Shown here piece after piece: positions 9,521 through 21,502 of a DNA stretch of 64,000 bases. This DNA comes from Pristiophorus japonicus (taxonomy: Eukaryota). The notes beneath the pieces were generated by a model that made no database searches, had not been told where the DNA came from, and saw only the letters and a program-made list of their open reading frames with translations. Numbering within the stretch: the stretch's first letter is position 1; each line of letters begins with the position of its first letter. The stretch covers positions 204,290,001-204,354,000 of the forward strand of contig NC_091985.1 in assembly GCF_044704955.1 (NCBI RefSeq), given 5' to 3'. The translations under genes and the position numbers were made by a program.

Positions 9521-10235
9521 GTCCTTGTGCTTGAATGACAGAAGGATAGTTTGCAGGTGAAGCAGGCAATCAGGAAGGTGAATGGAATGCTGGCCTTCAT
9601 TGCGAGAGGGATGGAGTACAAAAGCAGGGAGGTCCTTCTGCAACTGTATAGGGTATTGGTGAGGCCGCACCTGGAGTACTGCGTGCAGTTTTGGTCGCCT
9701 TACTTAAGGAAGGATATACTGGCTTTGGAGGGGGTACAGAGATGATTCACTTGGTTGATTCCGGAGATGAGGGGGTTACCTTATGATGATAGATTGAGTA
9801 GACTGGGTCTTTACTCGTTGGAGTTCAGAAGGATGAGGGGTGATCTTATAGAAACATTCAAAATCATGAAAGGGATCGACAAGATAGAGGCAGAGAGGTT
9901 GTTTCCACTGGTCGGGGAGACTAGAACTCGGGGGCACAGCCTCAAAATACGGGGGAGCCAATTTAAAACCGAGTTGAGAAGGAATTTCTTCTCCCAGAGG
10001 GTTGTGAATCTGTGGAATTCTCTGCCCAGGGAAGCAGTTGAGGCTAGCTCATTGAATGTATTCAAGTCACAGATAGATAGATTTTTAACCAATAAGGGAA
10101 TTAAGGGTTACGGGGACCAGCCGGATAAGTGGAGCTGAGTCCATAGCCAGATCAGCCATGATCTTATTGAATGGCGGAGCAGGCTCGAGGGGCTCGATGG
10201 CCTACTCCTGTTCCTAATTCTTATGTTCTTATGTA
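9521..10235 (+). mobile_element. CR1/HER1-type LINE 3' part (host of the Tx1 array)
   Basis: Encodes [41 protein letters not shown]; ends with GGCCTACTCCTG and a TTCTTATG-type tail. Confidence 0.93.
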
Positions 10236-10381
10236 ATGGATAATCTTTATCCAAGAATTATGTAAATTCTGGTGTCCCCGAGTCAATGTTGGGACTATTG
10301 CTCTTCTGAATATAGAGAAATTATCTGAGCTTTGGTGTATGGGCCACAAGATCAAAATCTCCAGATGGCTCACTTTGGTGA

Positions 10382-10700
10382 TCATCATCATAGGTGGTCC
10401 CTCGAACGAGGATGACCTCCTTCCACATGAGTTCATAAATGTTTCAATGAAGGAGCCGATGTACCAGTCCTGAACTCCAGGGATGGAAGATGCCTGTGCG
10501 TGGATTTTTTTAAGGTGTGGTGACCATTGCACACCAGCCACCACACGGGCTTGACAGAGCTCGGCCTTTATCCAGTGCCAAGTGTTAAGCAGGACGACTG
10601 GAGACCTGCTCTGCTGCACGGACCTAGTGCGCACACATATCGCAGTGTGGGCTGGCCCGTGCTGCCCCGGGCCCTTGGCTCTTCTGGGTGCCGTACCCTC
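10382..10700 (-). mobile_element. Unclassified retroposon fragment with a short (ATG)n-like tail
   Basis: Begins with CATCATCAT and interrupts an old CR1 remnant; family not determinable by eye. Confidence 0.35.
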
Positions 10701-10849
10701 ATTAGCCGCACCCCCGCCACGATCTCCCATCGCTCCTCCACCACAAACATTCGCCGCACCTCCGCCATGATCTCTACCACCTCTACCTTGATAGCCTTGC
10801 TTAGATAGGTCACATGGAAAACTTTGCAAATGCAATATTGCCAAGAATC

Positions 10850-11010
10850 AGGTGGTGTTGGTTGAAGGAGAAATGCTGGCCAGGAAATTGGGAGGCCTCC
10901 CAATAGTGCCGGGGGATCTTTTAATATCCAGGCAAACAGGGCCTCGGTTTAACTTCTCGTCTAAAAGATGGCACTTCCGACACTGCAGCACTTCCTCAGT
11001 ACTGTACTGA
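10850..11010 (-). mobile_element. Deu-domain-like SINE fragment
   Basis: Reverse complement resembles 12395-12540. Confidence 0.6.
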
Positions 11011-11015
11011 AACCT

Positions 11016-12105
11016 CAGCATGGATTTATGAAAGGGAAATCATGCTTGACAAATCTTCTGGAATTTTTTGAGGATGCAACTAGTAGAGTGGACAAGGGAG
11101 AACCAGTGGATGTGGTGTATTTGGACTTTCAAAAGGCTTTTGACAAGGTCCCACACAAAAGATTGGTGTGCAAAATTAAAGCACATGGTATTGGGGGTAA
11201 TGTACTGACGTGGATAGAGAACTGGTTGGCAGACAGGAAGCAGAGAGTCGGGATAAACGGGTCCTTTTCAGAATGGCAGGCAGTGACTAGTGAGGTGCCG
11301 CAGGGCTCAGTGCTGGGACCCCAGCTATTTACAATATACATTAATACATTAATGATTTAGATGAAGGAATTGAGTGTAATATTTCCAAGTTTGCAGATGG
11401 CACTAAGCTGGGTGGTGGTGTGAGCTGTGTGGAGGCCGCTAAGAGGCTGCAGGATGACTTGGACAGGTTAGGTGAGTGGGCAAATGTATGGAAGATGCAG
11501 TATAATATGGATAAATGTGAGGTTATCCACTTTGGGGGCAAAAACACGAAGGCAGAATATTATCTGAATGGCGGCAGATTAGGAAAAGGGGAGGTGCAAT
11601 GAGACCTGGGTGTCATGGTACATAGAAAGTTGGTATGCAGGTACAGCAGGCGGTGAAGAAGACAAATGGTATGTTAGCCTTCATAGCTAGGGGATTTGAG
11701 TATAGGAGCAGGGAGGTCTTACTGCAGTTGTACAGGGCCTGGAATATTGTGTTCAGTTTTGGTCTCCTAATCTGAGGAAGGACATTCTTGCTATTGAGAG
11801 AGTGCAGCGAATGTTCACCAGACTGATTCCCAGGATGGCAGGACTGACATATGAGGAGAGACTGGATCGACTATGCCTGTATTCACAGGAATTTAGAAGG
11901 ATGAAAGGGGATCTCATAGAAACATATAAAATTCTGACGAACTGGACAGGTTAGATGCAGGAAGAATGTTCCCGATGTTGGGGAAGTCCAGAACCAGGGA
12001 ACACAGTCTAAGGATAAGGGGTAAGCCATTTAGGACTGAGATGAGGAGAAACCTTTTCACTGAGAGAGTTGTTAACCTGTGAAATTCCCGACCGCAGAGA
12101 GTTGT
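11016..12105 (+). mobile_element. CR1 LINE RT fragment (frameshifted)
   Basis: QHGFMKGKSCLTNLLEFF, YLDFQKAFDKVPH, PQGSVLGP. Confidence 0.93.
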
Positions 12106-12297
12106 TAGATACAGAGTAAAGCTTCCTCTACACTGTCCCATCAAACACTCCCAGGGCATGTACACGGGCGTGTTACTAATGGCTTCCCTGGATCCCAAGG
12201 CTGGGAGCGGCGCTCTGGAAGGTATGGGGAGCTCGGACTTGTCCATGATAATAACCAACAGCAAGAGAACTGAAATAATCCAGAGTAATGAGGTGTT

Positions 12298-12718
12298 GGT
12301 CATGGCTCAGTGGTAGCATTCTTGTCTCTGAGTCAGTAGATTGTGGATTGAAGTCCACCTCCAGAGCCTTGAGCATAAAATCTAGGCCGGCATTCCAATG
12401 CAATACAGAGGGAGCACTGCACTTTCAGAGGTGCCGTCTTTCACATGAGACGTTCAATCAAGGCCCCATCTGACCTCTCAAATGGGCGTAAATGATCCCA
12501 TGACATTATTCAAAGAAAAAGGGAGTTTACCCCAGTGTCCCTCAACCAACATTACTAAAACAGATTATCTGGCCATTATCACATTGCTGTTTGTGGGAGC
12601 CTGCTGTGTGCAAATTGGTTGCTGCATTTCCTCCATTACAACAGTGACTGCACTTAAAAAGCACTTGCTTGTCAAGTGCTTTGGCATGAAAAGCACTTTA
12701 TAAATACAAGTCTTCCTT
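12298..12718 (+). mobile_element. tRNA-headed SINE with Deu-domain-like core (SacSINE1/AmnSINE1-like)
   Basis: A-box-like TGGCTCAGTGG head, GGTGCCGTCTTTC core, TTGCTGTTTGTGGGA...GTGCAAATTGG, ends ATAAATACAAGTCTT. Confidence 0.7.
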
Positions 12719-12829
12719 TAACAAAGGAGAAAAGGCTCAAAAATGGAACAGGATATCAATTAGTCTCCTCTTGGAGAAATCAAGGAATCGACTGTATGTT
12801 GGAAACAAAGCTGATTTATTTGAGAGTTG

Positions 12830-13267
12830 TTTGACAGAGGGTGCAGAAAAGATATACAAGAATGGTTCCAAGGCTGAGGGACTTCAGTTATGTGGATATA
12901 CTGCAGAAGCTGGGGTTGTTCTCCTTACAGCAGAGAAGATTGAGAGGAGATTTGATAGAGGTGTTCAAGATCATGAGGGGTATAGACAGAGTGGATCCAG
13001 AGGACAAAAGGTGATTGGCAAAAGAACCAAAGGCGACATTAGAAAAAAAAATTTTACGCAGCGAGTGGTTAGGATCTGGAATGCACTCCTGAAAGGGTGG
13101 GAGGCAGACTCAATTGTCGCTTTCAAAAGGGAATTGGATAAGTACCTGAAGGAAAAAATTCACAGGGTTACGGGGCAAGGGCGGGGGAGTGGGACTAGCT
13201 GAGGTGTTCTTGCAGAGAGCCTGCATGGGCTTGATGGGTCGAAAGCTGTAACCATTCTATGATTCTA
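12830..13267 (+). mobile_element. Degraded CR1 3' fragment
   Basis: FTQRVVRIWNAL, FKRELDKY; TTCTATGATTCTA tail. Confidence 0.85.
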
Positions 13268-13354
13268 AGCTTTCCAGAAAATTAAACTCCAGTCCAGTTA
13301 TAGGGATTAATTACATCAGTGGCAACAAACCTCTTCTGTCCAAGTGAACACGGT

Positions 13355-14437
13355 TCAGTCCTGGATGTGATTAACAGCAGAATCCACACCTGCAGTGTGA
13401 ACTCGCTGGTGTCTCAGTAGGTGGGACGACTGAATGAATCCCTTCCCACACTCAGAGCAGGTGAACGGCATCTCTGCAGTGTGAGTGCGTTGGTGTGCCA
13501 GCAGGTTGAATGAACGAGTGAATCTCTTCCCACACTCAGAACAGGTGAACGGCCTCTCCCCAGTGTGAGTGCGTTGGTGTGTCATCAGATCCTTTCTGCT
13601 TTTAAAGCTCTTCTCACAGTCAGGACATTTAAACGGTCTCTTATTGGTGTGAACAAGTTGGTGTTCAGTGAGCTGGGATGAACGAGTGCATGCCTTCCCA
13701 CACACAGAACAGGTAAAATGTTTCTCCCCGGTGTGAACAGGTTGGTGTGCAGTGAGCTGGCATGAACGAGCGAATTCCATACCACACATGGAACACGTGA
13801 ACGGCCTTTCCCCGGTGTGAACTCGCTGGTGTTCAGTGAGGATGGATGAACGAGCGAATCCCTTCCCACACACAGAGCAGATGAACGGCCTCTCCCCGCT
13901 GTGAACTCGCTGGTGTCTCAGCTGATGAGATGATTTAACAAACCCTTTCCCACATATGGAGCAGATGAATGGTCTCTCCCCAGTATGAACTCGCTGGTGT
14001 TCAGTGAGGCGTGAAGAACAAGTGAATTCCTTCCCACACACGGAGCAGATGAATGGTTTCTCCCCAGTGTGAACTCGCTGGTGCTCAGTGAGGTTGGATG
14101 ACTGCCTGAACCTCTTCTCGCAGTAAGAGCAACTGAACGGCCTCTCCCCAGTGTGAACTCGTTGGTGTTGATTTAGTTCACGAGAGGTTTTAAAGCTGTT
14201 CCCACAGTCAGAGCATTTAAAAGGTCTCTCATTCGTGTGAACTCGCTGGTGTGATAGAAGGTGAGCTGAACGAATGAATCCCTTCCCACACACAGGGCAG
14301 GTGAACGGCCTCTCCCCGGTGTGACGACGTCGATGAGTTTCCAGCTCAGAGGGGCAATTGAATCCCTTCCCACAATCTCCGCATTCCCATGGTTTCTCCG
14401 TGATGTGGGTGTCCTTGTGTCTCTCCAGGTTGTACAA
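13355..14437 (-). pseudogene. C2H2 zinc-finger gene with 12 fingers; open frame but probable start loss
   Basis: 12 CxxC-12-HxxxH units with TGERP linkers; the paralog's MEKPW start is ACG (TEKPW) here, with in-frame TGA stops upstream; acceptor-like TTTTACAG|G near 14620. Confidence 0.7.
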
Positions 14438-14939
14438 TCAGTTGAAGCCTCATCCACACACACACACATGTACGGTTTCTCCCCGTTGTGAATGGTGTGA
14501 TGTTTCTCCTTCCACTTTAAAAGGCCGATGATATCCAGCTCCTGATGAATGGAGTGACTCTGTCAGATCTGACATATTTGGTTGGGTTTTCCGTCTGCAA
14601 ATGCTCCCCTTCTAATATCCTGTAAAAGGATTTTACAAAAGTCAGCACTGGAAGTGCAGGATAGAAATTGAAGACAGACAATTCTCATTTCTATGGCACA
14701 GTCTTTCCCCTCTATTGTTCCCCCAAAGCTGTAAATCCCTGTCCCGCACACTCTCCCTCCTCGCTGTGCTGAAATCCAAACCCATCGCACCATCTCCAAC
14801 ATGTCTTTACCCTCCCCCCTCCACCGTTTGCTCCCTCCCTCTGCTCTGGTTGGGTTCAGTTCTACACCCGCTGTGTGGAAAGTGAGAATAAAATCAATGA
14901 GGCATTAATGTTTTTCTCCTGGGTACTGGGACCCTGAAG

Positions 14940-15380
14940 CCCCGCCCACTCTCTGCTCCTGTACGAAAATGGCCGCGCAGTCGCAATAATCCGGGCTTGT
15001 CACCGGGGAAAAGCCTTTGCGACTATGGCCGCACAGCCGCCCTGAACGTCCCTGTCCAAGATGGCGGCCAGTGAACCCGGGCGGTCGGGCCTATCTCCGC
15101 GGTGCAAACACGGGCCTGCGGGCTCTTATTCGGAGCCAGTCCGCTCATATTCGGTGCCTCTATGCTCTTATTCAGTGTCTGAGGCTTTCGCGACCTGTTT
15201 ATGAAGCTTCCCAGCGTATCCGGCTGTCCAATTCCTCCGCTCAGACCACAATCTCCCGGCGCCTCGCAGAACCGTATCTTCTGTCACAAACGATCTTCAC
15301 CACTGGCACTGCGCATGCCCAGAGCACAGACCGGCCGCGCGCCTGCGTACTGGGCTCCTGTAGTCATTGATAGGCCACTT
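14940..15380 (-). promoter_or_regulatory. CpG-rich promoter upstream of the ZNF gene
   Basis: YY1-type AAGATGGCGGC (~15059) and AAAATGGCCGC (~14966), NRF1-type TGCGCATGC (~15311), ZNF143-like ACTACAGGAGCCCA on minus strand (~15351-15364). Confidence 0.65.
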
Positions 15381-16054
15381 TGAGCCTCGTGGGGGTTTCT
15401 GGGTAAACATCCTTCCATTTCATTGAAAGCCCCAGGTGGTGAAGATAACATTTATTTTGTGTCAGCCGATTGAAATTGTTTTTTTTCACTACCTGTAGGG
15501 GGTCACACCAAGTTGCTCCAGTGTTAGCAGATGGGAACAGAAATCTTTAAAGCAAGTGCCCTCGTATACCACAAATATGAAATAAATAGTAATAACTATT
15601 TACACACAAATCATAAAGTGATTGTGAGGATCAATTATCACCTCTTTAACCTGCGGTGCCCACCGGTCACGAAAGTTATCAAGCTTTCCACATGGACACC
15701 ACATGGTCCCTCTCCATAGCCAGCCGGGCAAGACCGTGGAAGCGAGGTAGGCAGCCAGTGTGACCTCCCAATGGGCCCGCTCATCTTGGACTTGCAAATT
15801 TTATGTTTTTGCCAGACCCAAGAGCAGGTCCAGGAGAAGATCCTCTGACTTACTCATCCGACATCTCCACTCCATCACCCTCCACATCGGGCAATCGAAG
15901 AATAGGGGCATGGTGCTGAAGTGTAACCAAAACTTGAGGAGCAGCCGCTTCAGGTAACTATGCAGGGGCTGAAAAATCGATCACTGAATATATACATAGC
16001 CCATGGACTCCTCTCCCCACAAAAATCCACATCTGGCCTTGGAGCCCGGAAAGG

Positions 16055-16632
16055 GGAGTTATGCTGGAACTGTATACAACACTAGTTTGGCCACAGCTGG
16101 ATTACTGTGTGCAGTTCTGGTCACCACATTACAGGAAGTATGTGATTGCACTAGAAAGGGTTCTGAGAAGAGGCTGTTTCCAGGATCGGAAAACTTTAGC
16201 TATGAGGAAGGATTGGGTAGGCTGGGGTTGTTTTCCTTGGAACAGAGGAGGCCGAGGAGAGATTTAATTGAGGTGTATAAAATTATGAGGGGCCTAGATA
16301 CAGTGGATAGGAAGGACATTTCCCTTAGCTGAAGGGTCAATAACCAGGGCTATAGATTTAAAGTATATGGTAAAAGGATTAGAGGGGAAATAAGGAAACA
16401 TTTCTTTCCCTGGAGGGTGAGAGTCTGGAACTCACTGCCTGAAAGGGTGGTAGAGGCAGAAACCCTCATCACATTTAAATAGTTCTTGATGTGCACGTGA
16501 AGAGCCGCAACCTGCAGGGCTACGGGCCTAGTGCTGGAAGGTGGGCATAGGCTGTTTAGCTCTTTTTCGACTGGCATGGACATTATGGGCCGAATGGCCT
16601 CCTCTGTCTTAATTTTTCTATGATTCTATGAA
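16055..16632 (+). mobile_element. CR1 3' fragment
   Basis: [37 protein letters not shown]; TTCTATGATTCTATG tail. Confidence 0.88.
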
Positions 16633-17389
16633 AAATGATTGCACATGACTGCTCCGTGTAACAGTCTCCGCCCTAGACCCCAGTGGTGCAGGGGAGGACT
16701 CGCGCGTAGAAAGCCCCCATTGGGGAACCCAGCCTCGGTCGGAAGATAACCCACCAGTCTGATTTTTCAATAAACAAACTTAATAAATAAATTATACAAA
16801 GACCGGAGTGCCAGGGTCCTCAGCCATGGTGCTGATACATTTCCGTTACTAACTCGCATCTCAGGACACACCGTGTCTGAGTTCATTGCTAAATATATTC
16901 TAACTGTTTTGTAACTTGAGTTCTGGCCTCATTCTGAGGGAAATTTACGAGGTCTCATTTTGTTTGTGTGTCCCACTGGAGAGGCTGTTAATGGCTTTAA
17001 TAAACTGGCAACAAGTTTTTTTTAATTTTGGAGGTGAAAAACACTATTAGTGATGCCTCAAAACACATGGGACAGAGAAATCTAGTTCACAGTGCCCCTG
17101 CCACAGCACTCAGTATCCACCCTCTCTACCATTGGTACTGTTTCTGCAGTAATTATGGTCTATAAGATGACGCAAGTCAGACCATGTGGAGTCAAGGGCC
17201 AGGTAGTAGAATGGATGGAAAGATGACTACTAAACGGAAATCAGAGGATATGAGCTAAGTGAAGTTTCTCAGACTGGCAGGAAGTGAGAAGTGATGTCCC
17301 GCAGGGATCCGTGCCAGGACCACTGTTGTTCACCATTATATAGACTCAGAAATTGTGGCATGTTTTCCAAATTTGCAGAGGATACCAAG

Positions 17390-17995
17390 TTGGCCCATGT
17401 GGAGACCAAGTTCTGCCTTCACACTGAGGACAACCACCATCATATTGTGTGGCACTACCACTGTGCCATATGGAATAGACTAATAATTGACCTAGCAGCT
17501 CAAAACTGGGCAGCCATAAGGTGCTCTGGGCTATCCACAGCTGCAGAATTGTATTCCAACACAATCTGCAAGCTCATGGCCTGGCATATTTTTACTCCTT
17601 CATTACCATCAAGCAAGCTGACCAACCTCCGTTCAATGAGGAGTGTAGAAGAGCATGCTGGGAGCAGCACCAGGTGTACCTAAAAATGAGCTACCAAACT
17701 GGAGAAGCTACAACACAGGACTACCTGCCTGTTAACCAGCATAAGCAGCATGCTATGGTCAGAGCTAAGTGATCCCATAACCAATGGATCAGATCACAGC
17801 TCTGCAGTCCTGCCACATCCAGTTATGAATGGTGGTGGACAATTAAACAACTAACAGAAGGAGGCGTCTCCATGAACATTTCCATCCTCAATGATGGCAG
17901 AGCCCAGCACCTAAGTGCAAAAGAAAGGCTGAAGCATTCATAACTATCTTCAGCCAGAAATGTTGAGTGTATGATCCTTCTCTACCTCCTCTGAA
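17390..17995 (+). mobile_element. Degraded LINE ORF2-like fragment, family unassigned
   Basis: Broken frames with VWHYH, QPPFNEECRRA and WWWTIK-like motifs typical of the EN-RT linker. Confidence 0.5.
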
Positions 17996-17999
17996 GTCA

Positions 18000-18310
18000 A
18001 CAACAACAACTTGCATTTATATAGCTCCTTTAACATAGTAAAGTATTCCCAGGCTCTTCACAAGAGTCTTATCAAAAAAGATTTGACACAGAGCCACATA
18101 AAGAGATGTTAGGTCAGGTAGCCTAGAGCATGCTCAAAGTGTCTAAACTGAGACATTTAGGAAGGGTGGAAGTTGTGAGGCTGGCCAGGAGAACACTGGA
18201 ATAGTTAAGTCTGGAGGCAACAAAGGCATGGATGAGGGTTTCAGCAGCAGATGAGTTGAGGCAGGGGCGAAGCAGGGTGATATTACGGAGGTGAAAGGAT
18301 GTCTCAGCTG
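18000..18310 (-). mobile_element. L2-type LINE 3' fragment
   Basis: AAETLIHAFVASRLNYS; (GTT)n tail. Confidence 0.75.
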
Positions 18311-18349
18311 ATCTACTGCTGAAACCCACAACCATTCCTTTGTTACATC

Positions 18350-19800
18350 CACACTTCAGTATTCCAATGTTCTCCTGCCACCTTCAAAGATTTGTATACA
18401 TACACCCCAGGTCTCTCTGTTCCTGCATCCCTTTCAAAATTGTACCATTTCATTCATATTGCCTCTCTTTATTTTTCCTACCAAAATATATCACTTCACA
18501 CTTCTCTGCATTAAATTCCATCTGCCACGTGGCTGCCCATTTCATCAGTCTGTCTATTATCACCTGAAGTCTTTTACTACTCTCCTCCAAGTTTTGTGTC
18601 ATCTGCAAACGATGAAATGATGCCCTGTATACCCAAATCCAGCCCAAAAAGAGCAGTGGTCCTAACGACCGCTGGAAAACACCACTGGATATTTACCTCC
18701 AGTCTGAAAAACAACCATTCACCACTACTCTCTGCTTTCTGTCCCTTACCCAATTATGTACACATGCTGCCACTGTCCCATTAATCCCATAGGCTTTAAT
18801 TTTGCTAACAATTCTATTATGTGGTGCTTTGTCAAGTGCTTTTTGTAAGTCATCTGCACAACATCAACCGCACTACCCTCATCAACCCTCCCCATTACTT
18901 CATCAAAAACCTCGGTCAAGTTACTCAAACATGATCTGCCTTTAACAAATCTGTGCTGACTTCCAGTTATTAGCCCATAGTTTCCCAAATGCCAATGAAT
19001 TTTGTCCCAGATTATTGTTTCTAGAAGTTTCCCTATCACCGACGTTAGGCTCACTGATCTGTAGTTTCCGGGTTTATCTCTCGCCCCTTTTTTAAACAGG
19101 GGTGTAACATTTGCAGTCCTGCAGTCCTCTGGCACCACGCCGATATCCAAGGAGGATTGGAAGATTGTGGCTAGAGCCTCCGCAATTTTCATCCTTACTT
19201 CCCTCAGTAATGTAGGGTCATGTAACCTTTCTACTTTGAGGATTGCCAACCTTTTAAGCACTTCCTCTTCATCGATTTTTGTCCTATCCAATATCACTAC
19301 TGCCTCCTTCTTTACTGCTACATTGGTAGCATCCTCTTCTCTAGTGAAGACAGCTGTAACAGACTCATTTAATACCTCAGCCATGCCCTCTGCCTGCACA
19401 AGATCTCCTTTTTGGTCCCTAATCAACCCAACCCTTCCTTCGACCACCCTTTTACTAGTTATGTGTTTATAAAAGACTTTTCGGATCCCCTTTATGTTAG
19501 CTGCTAATCTATTTTCATACTCTCTCTTTGACCCTCTTATTCCATATTTTAGATCTCCTCTGTACTTTCTATATTCAGCTTGATTCCCCACTGTATCTGA
19601 ACCTTGCATTTGTCAAATGGCTCCTTTTTTGTCATTTTAACCTCTATACGTTTAGTCATTCAGGGAGCTCTGGCTTTGGATGCCCGTCCTTTCCCCTAAT
19701 AGAAATGTGTCTCCTCTGTCCCCGAACCATCTCCTCTTTGAAGGCCTCCCATTGTTCACTTGCTGTTTTGCCTCCCATCCACCTGGGCCAGATCCTTTTC
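18350..19800 (-). mobile_element. Old CR1 LINE ORF2 fragment
   Basis: ANVTPLFKKG, PGNYRSVSLTS, WQMEFNAEKCEV. Confidence 0.9.
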
Positions 19801-19825
19801 ATTCTAGCTCACTGCATAATGGGAA

Positions 19826-20110
19826 CGGTAACATAGTGGTAACATCACTTGGCTGATAATCCTGAGGCCTAGACTAATAATCCAGAGATGTGAGTTCAAA
19901 TCCCACCATGGCAGCTGGGGAATTTAAATTCAATTAATTAAATAAATCTAGAATAAAAAGCTACTATCAGTAATGGAACTACTGGATTGTTGTAAAAACC
20001 CATCTGGCTCACTGATGTTTTTGAGAGAAGGAAATCTGATGCCCTTATCTGGTCTGGCCGATATGTGACTCCAGATCCCACAGCAATGTGGTTGACTCTG
20101 AAATATCACT
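19826..20110 (+). mobile_element. tRNA-headed SINE, second family
   Basis: A-box-like TAACATAGTGG and B-box-like GAGTTCAAATCC; a related reverse-strand piece lies at ~23232-23340. Confidence 0.55.
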
Positions 20111-21502
20111 CAGTTGTAACACACTACGACAAAGTTGTTGGGGGGGTTATTTCTCGGACTTGCTGGATCGCCGCCGTTTCTTGCTACTCTCTGTTTTCCA
20201 GAGATTCCCGACTTTATTTTATTATTTTAAATGTAATTTTTGTGCGACTATATCCGGGCCTCGGGCCCTGGGTCAGGGTGTGCGGGGGGCTGGGGGTTAG
20301 TGCGGTTTTCGGGATGGTGTCTCGGGTCAATCGGTGGTTTGTGTGTTCGGGCCTAGTGCCGATGATGAGCCTCGGACTGGATTTCTGTGTGGCACGGGAG
20401 GGAGGCGGGTTGGAGCGGAGGTCCTGTTGTTCCCGGGGAAGGGAATCAGTCTCCGGGTTTTTTAGGTTGATTTTAAGTCGCTGTTACGTTCTTTGGGGAG
20501 ACTGAGTTTTGTACTTTGGTGGTGTGATTGTCTGATTTTTATTTTTGGATTTTTAATTTAATTGTTTAATAACAACAAATGACCTTGTTTTAACTGTTTG
20601 GGTGAGGGTTGTGTTTATGAATGATGGGGCGGGGGGTTTAGGACGCACTTTGCTCTTGTTTTTCGATGTATTTTTGTCTGTGTACACTCCGGTACCACGG
20701 CAATAATGCCCTGTTGTGGGACAAGGGGACAGAGACATCAGGCCCGGCGGCACACACTGACATTGATTGTAACTAATGGGACAGGAGCACCGTGGGTCCG
20801 AAATCTGATAGAGTGAGAGAGAAATCCGTGTCTCGGTGGCTGATTGTAGTCTGTCGGCCTCACCTTTCACCCTGACTGGGGCTTCACCACAGGCCGGGGG
20901 GAGGGGGCGTTCAAGGGTCAGAGGGTATTAGAATGAAAAACGTACAGTGAGAGGTTATGGAGGGTTTAGAGCTCCTCACCTTCCGCTAGGTCAGTCAAAA
21001 CGAGAAGGACTGTGAGCAGGGACAAGAACTATTTAAACCTACTGCTTCTCTCAGTGATGTGGTGTTAATTGTTTGTTTTGTCTGGTCTTATGGTTCTTAT
21101 TTCTCCCTCTGCTGTGCTCGAAGGGCCGAATGGCCTACTCCTGCACCTATTTTCTATGTTTTTGTAGTCTGTTGTCCTACCTGTTTGTTAGGTGAAAATG
21201 TAGAGGCCCGCCCTCTTTTTGTTCTGTTAGTATGTGATGCCACACCAAGTTGAATACCTGTGGTTTGGGGTGGGCATTTTTTGTGGGAGGGGTCTAATGT
21301 TTTATTTTCCTACTGGTTTGTTTGTTTCTTTTCTGCCGTATATCTCCTTTTCCCTTACTTTCCATAAATTTTTGTTTTTTGATTTAAATAATAAAAAATA
21401 TAAATTTTTTAAATTATTGTTTAGGGTTTGGTTCTGTTATATTCTTATTACTGTCTTAGTTTTGCTATCTGTTTTTATATTTTGTGCTAGTTTACTTTCA
21501 TA

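Noticed and set aside
7720-9535. CRISPR-like pattern of short direct repeats
   Set aside because: Intervening units are near-identical retrotransposon ends of >400 bp; eukaryotic context, no cas genes
12298-12370. tRNA gene
   Set aside because: Degenerate SINE head with no complete cloverleaf
14407-14419. GGGTGTCCTTGTG in the ZNF gene resembles the Tx1 target
   Set aside because: Partial match explained by HKDT codons on the minus strand; no insertion present
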